The position numbers and the translations under genes were made by a program. From Neophaeotheca triangularis (lineage: Eukaryota), in NCBI GenBank assembly GCA_054600435.1, contig BAAIJX010000051.1, positions 62,001 through 126,000 of the forward strand: 64,000 bases of DNA, written 5' to 3'. A model generated the notes under the pieces. It made no database searches, was not told the origin of the DNA, and worked only from the letters and a program-made list of their open reading frames with translations. Of this stretch, positions 36,920 to 47,890 are shown piece after piece (the first letter of the stretch is position 1; each line of letters opens with the position of its first letter).

Positions 36920-37379
36920 TCAAGATTTCGGAATGTAGTTCTGCTGCTCGAACAAGTAACCACGGACTTTAGAGTGCTTGAGCTGCTCCAGGTAGCGTTC
37001 TGCAACATCTGAATCAGCATTGCGATTCCCGGCAGCCATAGCACACAGCAAATTGCCCTCCTCGCTCCCGTTGAACACTTCTCTTCTCCCACGCGACTAC
37101 AACATGCAAAACCTCACAGCCCCCCAGCAAAAGCATTTTGCAATCTCACTTACCTCTCAACGCTCCACACTTCTCCAAATGGTTCGTCCCCTCCCTGCGG
37201 TAGCACTTGCCCATCTCCTCCCGTATCAGCCTCGCCATCATGCTCTGCACCCATTGCTCACGGATGATGGAGTCTTGCGCGGCTTTAAGCGCTTTGTTGT
37301 CGTCGTAGTCTACGCCGTCGAAGGTCGGGGGGACCGTGGGTTTGGCCGCTTTGAAGGATGCGGATTCGGGGGTGGGCAT
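36920..37379 (-). CDS. NDUFB10: NADH:ubiquinone oxidoreductase 12 kDa subunit (NDUFB10/PDSW-type); exons 37379-37154, 36999-36920
   Basis: MPTPES..FDGVDYDD..IIREQWV..KCYRREGTNHLEKCG. Intron 37000-37153 adds ERYLEQLKHSKVRGYLFEQQNYIPKS*. Confidence 0.9.
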
Positions 37380-37607
37380 TGTTGCGGTGGATGGGCCGGA
37401 TGTGGTGGAGCTTTAAGGCCGGAGGGGGGTGGGCGGGCGTGTTGGGAAGGGTGTCGACGTGAGGGGTTGATTTATTGGAGGTTCGCGCTGGCTGCTGTCG
37501 TCGCGAGCAAGTCGGTCGGTCCAATGCCAGCCAGAGCTGGAGAGGTAGGTAAGCAATGAGGTCGGACTTCAGACGCGCCAAGCCGCCGTCATCTGGCGAC
37601 TCAAACC

Positions 37608-38054
37608 CTAACCCTCACTCCCCCGCCTTCTCCTCCGCCAGCTGAACCTCGCGCTCTTCCTCTTGGGGCTCTTCTTCGACTTGCCGTCGTCGTCGCCGCC
37701 GCCGCCGCCGCCGACTTGCTTCCCTACCAAACTCTGCTCTTCCCATTTCTTCATACCGTCTTTGCCACCCTCTTTGGCGTGCGCCGGCACCCCGTAACTG
37801 ACTTTCCACCGCCATTCATCGTACTTGACTTCCTGCTTGGCTTCCAGATGGCCCATTAGTTTCCGTCGAGTCGCTTCACAACTCGGGCATAGACGCTCGA
37901 GTTTCCACGATTGGTATGGATGCGCGATGATCTCGCAGCTTTGTGAGTACGAGTTGTTGGGGGCGATTTCAGCGTGGCGGCAGGTCAGCAAGGGGTAAGG
38001 GGAGTAGAAGGAGTGCCCGCAGGTCGTGAAGATGCTTAGGCGGTGGAGACACAT
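37608..38054 (-). CDS. Small fungal hypothetical protein with putative Zn-binding Cys/His motif and basic tail
   Basis: MC..CGH..C..C..H..CPSC pattern, intact 148-aa ORF, K/R-rich C-terminus. Confidence 0.7.
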   Translation of the reverse strand: MCLHRLSIFTTCGHSFYSPYPLLTCRHAEIAPNNSYSQSCEIIAHPYQSWKLERLCPSCEATRRKLMGHLEAKQEVKYDEWRWKVSYGVPAHAKEGGKDGMKKWEEQSLVGKQVGGGGGGDDDGKSKKSPKRKSARFSWRRRRRGSEG

Positions 38055-38817
38055 TGTTGCGAACGACTACTGGCATGGAGTTGGGTATGGGAGAGAAATG
38101 GAGGGATATCGGTAAGGCCTCTTTTACTATTTACTTGGTTGCCGCTTTGGGTTTTCTTTGTACTTTCTTTGTTCTTGCTGGTCAATTGTCCAGCATCGAC
38201 TTTCGCGGTGACTCGAGGGTTACGGTTACTGGATTTGAGAATCTATGGATGCATTCACTACCTGTCATCGGTCGAGGATTGAGCTCCCTCGACGTCAAGG
38301 GCATATTCACGATGTTCCAAGGCTGTTCGCCCGTCTGGACTGGCCCTTGAGATGCCGCTACAGGCGAAACACTGTACCCGCTTCGAGAAAACGTACTGGC
38401 ACAGGAGTTACATTCATGTTCCTCCGCACCGTCTACCTTGCCCACGAACATCTTTTACCATGGGAAGCCTACAAAATCCACAGAGTTGGTAGATTGCTTT
38501 TGTCTCAGCCCTAGTTCTACTTGCGGCTGCAACAATGGCTCAAATCCCCTGACTTTCCTTTGTCTTTCAGAATGCGAGACAGGTTCCGATCTCGCATCCA
38601 GACAAGACTTCCAAGAGTCGATACAAGACCCTCGCATTCCTCAGTTCTCTCTTATAGTGCCACAATCATTCACGGTTCTACGCCCATCTGCCAAGCTACA
38701 CAGAAGGACGAAGGACCTCAGCATACATCGAGCCATCAATAAACCGCAACGTCAACAAACCTTCCGATAAGCCTTTCGACTACAATCCAAGCCTCGCACC
38801 TCCTTTATTACCCAACA

Positions 38818-39372
38818 ATGCCCGACTCCGAGACCATCCCAGGCACCTCCACCGAACCCGGCAACAATCATGTCGCCAACCCAGCTCCCAAACTCAGCCG
38901 CGAAGCCATAATCTGGCTCGTCGTAATCTCCGTCATCGTCGCCATTGCTTTCATCGCAATTCTTATCCTCCTCACCCGCTGCCACAGACGTCAAACCAAA
39001 GCCAAAGTCCCCTCAGACCAAGACTCCAACCCCGACTTCAAAACCCCCGACCCCACCTTCCACCACCCCCTCACCTTCGACTACGCCTACAACTCTCCAG
39101 CCCTAACTACAGTGTCTGGAAAATACGGTCACTACGCAACAGCTTCTGCGACGCAACCACCCGTTCCCATGGAGAAAGTGCGTGTCAGGGCCGACCGACT
39201 ACCCGACCCGGTTGTCGTTGATGAGGCCGAGGTGGGCAGTGTCGGTAGCGGGAGGTTGGGGTTCAGGGAGAGGGAGCACAGGGAGACGGGCAGGGATAAG
39301 GGGAGTCGATTTTATTCGGGTTGGGGGCTTAAGAGGTTGAGTCGGGTTAGTCAGGTGGGGAAGGCTTTCTAG
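38818..39372 (+). CDS. Hypothetical single-pass membrane protein
   Basis: 184-aa ORF with one strong TM helix (AIIWLVVISVIVAIAFIAILILL) followed by basic RCHRRQ. Confidence 0.65.
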   Translation: MPDSETIPGTSTEPGNNHVANPAPKLSREAIIWLVVISVIVAIAFIAILILLTRCHRRQTKAKVPSDQDSNPDFKTPDPTFHHPLTFDYAYNSPALTTVSGKYGHYATASATQPPVPMEKVRVRADRLPDPVVVDEAEVGSVGSGRLGFREREHRETGRDKGSRFYSGWGLKRLSRVSQVGKAF

Positions 39373-39898
39373 GACGGGTGGGTCGGAGGGATGGAGGATT
39401 GGAGGGGCAAGTAACGCGGACGTTGCAGGGGGTGCGAGCATGGACCCCTGGACGGGCAGAGAGGTGAAGTGAAGTAAGGCGCGGGACGCGGAGGGTGCGG
39501 TGAGTATGCGACGTGGTTCAAGGGATCCGATGGGGAAGTGTGCTCGGCGAGCGCTGTTTATTTGCATTAGCGAATGGTCGTTCTTGTTGGTGTATCGATA
39601 AGTCTTGCCGCCTCTGGGGTATTTAGGTTCAGAAGATAGGGGCGAAGCAATGTTAAGTGTACTGGTAATCGCCCCCTTTCAAACCTCATCGATCCATCTT
39701 CTGACTAACGACCTTGGAAGTAAAATCCTCATACAACCTTGCTGCCGATCCCACGATCCCTTGCGAACAGCAACAGGGATTAGACCAAGCACCCAAACCC
39801 ATACCCAGCTCCTCCCCCGTCCTTCAAGCAGCCCCCCTACCGTCCGTCCTCACCCACGACAACCCTTCTTCTACCCTCAACCCCCCGCCCATCCCCAC

Positions 39899-40359
39899 CT
39901 AAAAAACTTCCACCAATAGCGCCGTCAAGAACCCATTCCTCTTAGCCGCCGCCAACGGAAACTTCCTCCAAGGCCTCTGCATCAAATCCAATTTCAGCGC
40001 CGCCTTGCTCGGAAACCTCCTCGGCCGCTTTCCGTCCCGTCTTGCGCGCACGAGGTCGTGGATGTTGATGTTGACGGATCTGAGAACCTGACCAGGAGAT
40101 AGTGGTTAGGGATGTATTATGTGGGAGTTTGGTAGGGGAGGGAGCATAAGTGTGGTGGTGAGGGTTGGGAGCGAAGACTTGCTTTTTTGCACTGCGTGAT
40201 GCTTTCGCCGGCGGGGATGCCGATGTCGTTGCAGAGGTCGCGCCAGCCTTCCAGGAGGGCTGAGTTGGTGCCGTAGAGCTTTGCGAAGGAAGCGGTTAGG
40301 GCGGCGATGGAGTTGGAATTGGCGGAGGCTGGGTTTGGTTTTGGTTTGGTTTTGGTCAT
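39899..40359 (-). CDS. Fungal hypothetical protein; exons 40359-40183, 40087-39899 joined by a GC-AG intron
   Basis: LEGWRDLCNDIGIPAGESITQCKK|VLRSVNINIHDLVRARRDGKRPRRFPS..FPLAAAKRNGFLTALL. This resembles, from memory, a recurring fungal W..LC..G..SITQCKK..V.N..DL family. Intron 40088-40182. Confidence 0.72.
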
Positions 40360-41513
40360 GGTTGATGCGGTGGTTCAGCGAGTGTGGGGACTCGGTGGTT
40401 GGTTTGGGAGTATGCTGGTGGTGTTGCGGAATGGATGTGAGGATGAGTAGGAGGGAGGAGGAGGAGGATGAGCGAAGCTGTCGTCGTCGCCTGATAGATT
40501 CGCCATGAGCATCGGTTCCAGTGTCGGGGTGTCGTATGGTACCATGGTCAAGTGCCGGTTTTCAAACGGTGAGGGCAAACGGTGTTGTGGGCTTGCACGC
40601 ATGTTCATGCATCTACCCGTTGCGGACGGCATGGGATCTATCCCGAAGCCAACGCGATGGGTGGTGAATCCTGGCTCGATCCAGGGGCTCTCCGCTCCGT
40701 GGCCACGATGTCTCTTTAAAGGTACAGGCGGTCCTCTCGGCTGAGATCCAATCTTACCAGGAGGCGTTGTTTTGCAGCTGGATGTAGTGGCCAACGTCTC
40801 TTTCGAAGCCGTTCGACCCCCGCCGGTACCTATGTAGCTATCGACACTAGCCAGGGACAACATGGGGGTCAGTATCTTGTAGACAGGATGGAAGATGGCA
40901 ACATGTCACCCATCTAGCATCAATCTCTGACCTCAGGCCCTCGCCTCTAGCCCGAGTTCAAGGCTTACTCGTTGCTAAAGCGTAAATTCGATGCCCGACG
41001 AAACACGAGCACCGAGCTCCTGAGTCAAGGTTTTACTAGCTCCTCTCACTTCCTACAGAGAGTACTTCCCTAATTGTTCTAGCGAAACAATCACAAACTG
41101 TTATAAAGAGCCCTAAGCATCTCCGCCCTTCGCGTGCGTCTACATCCTACCGTGGCATATCGACGGAGACCGCGTACCGTTCCTCTACAGCATAGGTATT
41201 GTTGAAATCTGCCTTTATTTCCTAGAAATAAAAGAATCTAGGGGAATTGTAAGCGTAGTGAGCTATACATAAAAGAAGTAGGCGGTTATGTACGGTTTAT
41301 ACCTACTGCTTCCTACCGTACCGCACGCCTTAAGATTAACATATCTGAACGTCTCAAAGGGCTTAGGCAGACCTAGTAAGCTTTTACATATATTACTTAC
41401 TTACGCCCCCTTATCACGGCGACGGCATGTGCCTCTTAGGATTTACGTATGTTCGAAAGTCAGGACAGTCGTCTGAGCATTGGAGGACAAAGTAATCGAG
41501 CCATCCAGTCGGA

Positions 41514-43217
41514 TTAGCTTAACACTTGCTGTGCTGTTTCTGCAAATAACCGGAGGAAATAGTCGTCTTCATCATCATCATCGTCGTCATCATCGTTGTC
41601 GTTGTCGCTGTGGAAAGAATACTCTCAAAACCCGAGTTAACCGCGAGTACTCCTAAGCCTTCGTATCCTGACATCCAGCTACTCCCCCATGAAAGAATGA
41701 ACAACCGGAAAGGTTGAACGCTGGTCCAACGACAGGGAGCTTCCTTTGACCAAACGAAGACGAAAGTATTCACTTCCGTCACTCGGATGCAATCCACAAT
41801 GCCAGCCGATAGGAAGACGAGCTTCGTACTCGACCGCATCGCTCTGAATTATGCTCTCCTCGTATTCATAGCCTCTTGGTCGATGTAACTCGACACGTCG
41901 GAGACTCACAAAACGCTCGTCCGCTACAAGTTGTGCCACTTGCTGGTCAAGATATCGAGGAACACGATTGCCGTTCTTTTCATCTCCTCGGCAGAAGAGA
42001 GCTGTCAGCGATTCGAGCGAGGTGGGTAGTAGATCGACCAGATTCGCCTTTCTCGGCAGAGCGATGCTGTCGTTTTCGAACTCAGCATGAGGCTCCTCGC
42101 CCAGCAAGATGGGCTCCGAGACTACGAATTTGCGCAGACGGGTGAGAGCCCGAAGATCACCTAGCCTCTCTATGCCTTGCCAGTCGTCGTCGTCGCCGAC
42201 ATCAAAGTCCAGTGTCAGGTGTTCAAGCTGAGTGCCGTGCTCACGTAACATGGGTCCCAAGCGTTGGCATTCGATGAGATCAAACTGCGCGTCCGGCACA
42301 AAGTTCCAGTGGACTTGCAGCTTCCTCAGAGCAGGGCACGAGGTGATCAGCCGCGAAAGCGTAGGCACTGTGACTAAAGTGGCGCCCAAAGTCAGATCCT
42401 CGACGGTAGAGGTGAACGCGCTGTGCATAATCGGACTGTTTTGATAATCCACCGAACTATTGTCATCGGCGACCATGCGGGTGCGGAAGGTCTTGATTGC
42501 AGGCAGTGACAGCAATGGATAGTATTCGAAAATCGCCGCGAATTTATCAAACAAACACCAATCGAAAACCGCTTCGACATCGCGCAAATCCCGGAAACTC
42601 TTGGCTAGAGGGAGGTCACATGGCCTGCGCTCCTGCAGCTCGCCCTTGTCCCGTGAGCTTTTAAGAGCGTGGTGACAGTAGACCTCTTCGAAGTAGTTTC
42701 GTGCAAGTTGGACTAGGTGAAATCCAATCTCGAAGTGGAAGCTCAAGCCAGTGAGCCGTGGACACAATGCCACCAGCAATGTCGCCTCTGCTTCTGGATC
42801 GCCGTCGAATATTGCCTGACTCAGTTCGTTTGCGAGGTCTTCCGACACATGAAGGTCGAATGGAGCGTTGCCTCGGTCTATGGGCAGCACCTTGTCTTCA
42901 TCCCCATCTCCATCTTCATCTTCGGCTCCGTCCAGCACCTCGTCACCCAGCAAGAGGACTCGTACATTCTCACGCAGCTCAGGACGCTCGAGTAGTGTAT
43001 CCAAGAATCGCCGCATTCTACGTACGGTACGATGCCGACTGTCAAGTTTGTAGTAAAGCGCGGGCTCAACGAGACGCTTCAGGGCCTTGTTGGTCAGAGC
43101 AAGATTGCACATGGCAAAGAAGTCAGCGACGGCTTCAGAGAACGGCGGCTCATCCTGTGGTACACCGAGATGAGAGATGATGGCGACAAGCAACTCTTCT
43201 GCAAGTTCGAGCAACAT
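41514..43217 (-). CDS. F-box-like / LRR-type protein; probable start 43217, probable last intron 41608-41682
   Basis: MLLELAEELLVAIISHL..LALTNKALKRLVEPALY (F-box-like) and LRR-like CPALRKL, LEHLTL, LPTSLESL. A GTAGCT..TTAAC..CAG intron would add an acidic tail DNDNDDDD..FAETAQQVLS*. Confidence 0.72.
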
Positions 43218-43705
43218 TGAGGTGTGCGTGTTGTCTTGGAATAGTAAGAGAGGTGTGAGTTGCTTGCGGGCCCAGCGGCGAATTGAGGCGAGGTCCTCGC
43301 AAAATTTGAAGTCGAGTTCACGTTGAAGCAATGCAGGCCTGATGACGTCCGAAGCATGCGTTATCGTGATGTAGTACCGGGCACCGTGGGCTGATGGAAG
43401 AGCCAAGGGGGAAGTGTTGTTGTGTTACGGCGCCTGTGTACCAGTTTGCAGGCCTAGGACAAGACCGGCAAGCACCTGCGTAATGCACTCCGCGATCACC
43501 TTCTCATTGTAGAAGAATGCGCAGGTGCTCCCGTGCACCACGTTCCGGCCTACCATCTACAGCCTTGGGATCGACCTACCTTGCGACAAAAGTGGCTCGA
43601 GCCGCTTGCTTTCAATTGGAACACATCTGCTCTAGACGGATGCTCGTGAGAAGAATTCGGGATGCATCATCAGATTATGCTCGTCGGCATTTTCACATTC
43701 AGCTC

Positions 43706-44724
43706 TTAAGCAGCCTGCGCTTTCTGAGCGCTAACGGAGTAGTCTTTGAGAAAGTCCTCATCGTTCTCGAACTCCTCTTTCAGCTGGAATGGGGTTAGCA
43801 TGGCCGCCATGCCTGCGCCTGACGGTAGAAACTTACAATGTCCAAACCACCAACCAATTCCCCTCCAACCCACACTTGCGGGAAAGTGGGCCATTCGGCA
43901 TACTCCTTCAAACCCTGCCTCACGTCGTCATCCGCCAGAATGTTGAAGAAACCATAACGCACACCCTTCTCCCTAAGGATGCCGACAGTCTGCCGGCTGA
44001 AACCGCACTGTGGCGCCGAGGGCGTTCCCTTCATAAACAGCATCACCGGCGCAGCCTTAACCAGCTCTCCCAGCCTATTATGCAAATCCTCCTTCGTCTG
44101 TCCGTTCGCTTCACCACTGCTGTACTCCGGCGCAGTCGCAGCATCACCCGCTCCGGGCGCGTACTTCGCCAACCCCGCGCCATCAGTCCCACTCTGCTGC
44201 CCAGTCTCGAGCGAAGCCGAAGGCGCAGGCTTCGTGACCTTCTGCGCTGGCGGCAAACCCAACTTGCCAGGGTCTGCTGCACCACCGCCACCAGGTCTGC
44301 CCGCATGCCTCTCCACTGCCGCGCGCAGCTTGCCCGCATCCGTGCCCGTCACGGAGTCCACAACCTCCCCGCCCTTCTGAATCACCACCAACGGCACTTG
44401 CGTGACATCGTAGCGCTCACTGACTTCGCTCACTTCTTCGGCATCCAGACTGACGAAGCTGACGGAGTTTTGCGGGTCGGTGGCTGGGTAAGTGGAAGCG
44501 AGGGTGTCGAGGATGGTGGACATTTGCTTGCAGGGCTCGGCCCATGGTGCGTGAAAGTAGATGACGGCGGTGGCGGCTGGGCGGAGCCATGAGATGTGGG
44601 CGTCGAAGGCGGACTCGGAGGTCAAGGGGGTGACTGTGCAGGTGTCGGTGGTGATGGCGGGTTGCCCCTGGCCTTCGACTGCGGGGCCTGGTTTGGCGGG
44701 GTCGAGGGGTGGTGCTGTGTTCAT
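43706..44724 (-). CDS. GRX4: Monothiol glutaredoxin Grx3/4 (Trx + Grx domains); exons 44724-43837, 43783-43706
   Basis: WAEPC thioredoxin-like motif, MLFMKGTPSAPQCGFSR, WPTFPQ. Intron 43784-43836 adds LKEEFENDEDFLKDY. Confidence 0.93.
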
Positions 44725-45066
44725 TTTGGCGGTTTGACGATAGTTGTCGGTTCGATAAAGTAGGCGTCTTTACCAGTTGGTGGCTTCAAATCGGTGAGGA
44801 AAGAGATGATGGCGCTGCCAAGCAGAGGGTGAGGCGAGGAAGAAGACTGAAGTAGTGTTGATAAGGTCCAGTACATTATTCACTCTGCGAGCAGCGACGC
44901 CGGAGACATAAACTTTTGGTGGGTAATTCCGTCATCGCCCGTGGGGGGGGGCTTTTGATTAGTCATCTATCTTTCTGTGGGCTCAGGTACAGTATCTGTC
45001 ACTCCAACCTCACCTCACTCCAACCTCAACCTCAGTCCCCTCTTCGCATACGACCCTATTGTGACC

Positions 45067-46608
45067 TCAATGCATCTTCTTCAGCTTCACGTTCTTGTAA
45101 GCCTCCCTGCCTGAGTCCAAAGGACCAATCTCAGCCGCAAAGTCTCCTTCCACAGTCCAAGTCTCCCCCGACGCCTCCAGCAGAGCTCCCACCAGCAGAG
45201 CGATCATAGACACCCCGAATGGCAGCTTTTCCTTGTTTGTCCATCGTTTAGCAGGACAGTTGAAAGGCTTCGAACCAAAAGCGAGGAATGCCGGGTTGTT
45301 TGGATCCTTACTGTCCCAGCGCTCAGGGCGGAAAACCAAAGGATCCGGTCCCCAGTTCGCTGGATCGTGGTGCACAGCCTCGATGTCTGCTGCCACCTCA
45401 CCGTGCTCGCCTGTCTTACTCTGATAAGCTCGATAGACACGCCGAGTCGGTGGGTAGAGACGGAGCGCTTCTGCGCTGACATAGCTGGCTGCGATTCCTT
45501 GGCCCTTCTCGAATGAGACTTTGTCCTTGGTTGGGTCGGCCAAGAAGCTTGCCAGAACATTCTTCCAAGTCTGAGCTCGTGGGTGCTCTCGTGCCGCGAT
45601 CTCGATGAAGCAGCGTAGGACAACGCGCCACATTGTCTCGTATCCTGGTAGGATGAAATTGAAAGGGTTGCTCTCATTGTTCGTCTCGTCCCAGGTCGGG
45701 AAGACCTTCTTGACTGCTGCGCGTAGAGTAGACTGCTTCTCGTATGCCCACGGCGGTATGGCATCGGGTTCGGACTTGGTTTTGGACCGGATCCACTGAT
45801 GGTTGATTTCCGAAGCAAGAGCGGCGATGTCGTCATCCAAGTCTGGCTGGTACTTCCCAGCTTCGAACAGCACCATCAGCATAGTCTTCATTGTGATGAC
45901 TTGAGCGACTTCGAACAGGCTGAGCACATCAGAGTCGTTTCCGAACGCTGTCAGGGCGTTCGCTCGAGCGGCCGTGGCGAAGTCGATCCATTTACTATCC
46001 ACCACGTACAAGCACTCCTCAACCTTGCTGCGGAAAGTCTTGCAGACTTGCTGATCGGAAGAGGTGAAGCAGCTGTTGATTTTGAAGGCTTGCACGAGCC
46101 GCTCATTCGGAATGGAGCGGGCCATGTACTTGTCGAGAACATTGTCGGACTCCGCATCCGGCGGGTTTCCCGTGCCTATGAGCTCTTTGCATGCGCTTGG
46201 TGTGTTTCCAATCTCGAAACTCGTGCGTGGAAAGCTGCCGGGCAGGTGTTCTCTCGACACTGGGGTTCGATTGAAGTTTGGACGACTTTCCGGAACCAGA
46301 CGGTGATCCAAGTCAGACGCATCGCTCATGTTGGTAGGGTTGGAGAGATGGAAGACGCATAGTAGACCCCCTACCAGTAAGAAGGCGCTCAGGAAGGCCG
46401 TGCCATATTGTGTGGATTTGGTGACCGAGAAGTAGCACACGGTGTCAGTGCAGTTGTCACGCAGGACGACGCAGGCCGCCAAGCCAAGACAGGGGATAAG
46501 CAGAAAGCTGGTGAATAACGTATCAAGTAGTTTCGGGAATGCCACCGAGCCATGACCAGCCACGAGCGCACCAACGAGCATAAAAGCAATTTCGGTGAGA
46601 GACGACAT
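45067..46608 (-). CDS. Cytochrome P450, divergent family
   Basis: I-helix-like ILPGYETMW, ExxR (EALRLYPP), PERW (FRPERW), heme-ligand region FGSKPFNCPAK, hydrophobic N-terminus. Confidence 0.85.
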   Translation of the reverse strand: MSSLTEIAFMLVGALVAGHGSVAFPKLLDTLFTSFLLIPCLGLAACVVLRDNCTDTVCYFSVTKSTQYGTAFLSAFLLVGGLLCVFHLSNPTNMSDASDLDHRLVPESRPNFNRTPVSREHLPGSFPRTSFEIGNTPSACKELIGTGNPPDAESDNVLDKYMARSIPNERLVQAFKINSCFTSSDQQVCKTFRSKVEECLYVVDSKWIDFATAARANALTAFGNDSDVLSLFEVAQVITMKTMLMVLFEAGKYQPDLDDDIAALASEINHQWIRSKTKSEPDAIPPWAYEKQSTLRAAVKKVFPTWDETNNESNPFNFILPGYETMWRVVLRCFIEIAAREHPRAQTWKNVLASFLADPTKDKVSFEKGQGIAASYVSAEALRLYPPTRRVYRAYQSKTGEHGEVAADIEAVHHDPANWGPDPLVFRPERWDSKDPNNPAFLAFGSKPFNCPAKRWTNKEKLPFGVSMIALLVGALLEASGETWTVEGDFAAEIGPLDSGREAYKNVKLKKMH

Positions 46609-46887
46609 TGCTGCGATTGCGTTGGTAGTCTTACCTAGTAGGTATGCTGTGCAAGTTTATAGATGAATGGTTACAAGGAGCCATCTCCTTCATTTAGGTG
46701 TTTTCAGCTGCATGTCGCTCTTCACCATGACTCCCAGCATGTTCCATCGCTGCGACGAATAAGCGAGACGCGTTCTTCATTTCTGTGTCTTTCCTGAGGC
46801 TTCTCCTAAGACAGACGGTAAAACACCATCCCGAATCGAAGCAGCTGGAGACCTGCAGGCTCATGTCCAAGCGGAGAGACATCGTTG

Positions 46888-46930
46888 TCTCGTGTTGGCG
46901 CTTTCTCATCTCGTGTTGGCGCTTTCTCAT
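46888..46930. repeat. Perfect 21-bp tandem duplication
   Basis: tctcgtgttggcgctttctca occurs twice in tandem. Confidence 0.9.
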
Positions 46931-47890
46931 AGCTCACGGCATTGACCGTGTCAGGAACCTACCACGCCGTGTACCTAGGGTACTGTGGGAGACATCGTGC
47001 TCACAAGAACTGTCAAAGTCTCAGCCCGGGATTTCTCCTGTTCGCAAACAGCAGCGCACTCCGCGAGCAGAGCTGAGACCGTGAGACGACACCCGACACC
47101 CGACACCCCTAGCGAAAGCGACCGAGCTTTTGCAGTCGCTCATCGGCGCTAGCGAATGGGCCTTGTCCTTTCAAAAGGCAGCAGTCTTACTCGACACGGT
47201 AAGTGAACAGAACGGGCTCCCGACCGGGGCCAGGAACAGTCTCGGGGGTTTCGCTGAGCTGGCTTCGCGAGGTCTCTGGCTAATCCTGGAGGGGCTCAAG
47301 AGACTTACCACTTCCAGGAGTCGGAAGAGTGTTGTGCTGTTGTTGCGCAGCCTGATCAGCCAAGGCGATGGAGATCTACGCTTACACAAGCGCATCAGCA
47401 ACGCTAGAACCGCCACGGATGAGGAAGAAGCCAGGCTTGAGCCGGGTCGGCTTTCGGGAAGTCGCGCAACGTGAGCTTATCCAGATCCTCGGGGCTCGAG
47501 TGCCGTGGATGCCTCGCCGGGGGATAACTGGCCACGCTCCTTTCGTTGCGGAATATCAAGCTCATGATTTCCACGATGCAAAGGATAGTCCGTAGCAGTC
47601 GATTTCCACGAGGTTGCCCTAGAGTGCAGAGGAGGGTTGCGCTGGTGGTCATGGAAAAACCGTCTCGATCTTTCTTTCCAAGACCTCTGTCCGTTCGTAC
47701 CAAAAAGCTCGGGAAAAAGGCCCTCAAGGCACAATCAAATCCATTCAAAGGGGGTATATACCAATTAACCGGAACTGAAACAAACCCATTGCCGCCCAAC
47801 CCCCGACCCAAAATCCCTAAAACAACGCCACGCTAGTCCCCAGAAAAACCTCCCTTCCAATCCCAAAACAAGTTCCAGACCATGTCCAAA

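Noticed and set aside
37000..37153. Stwintron in the long NDUFB10 intron
   Set aside because: No internal branch/acceptor pair that regenerates a canonical donor; a single intron restores the frame.
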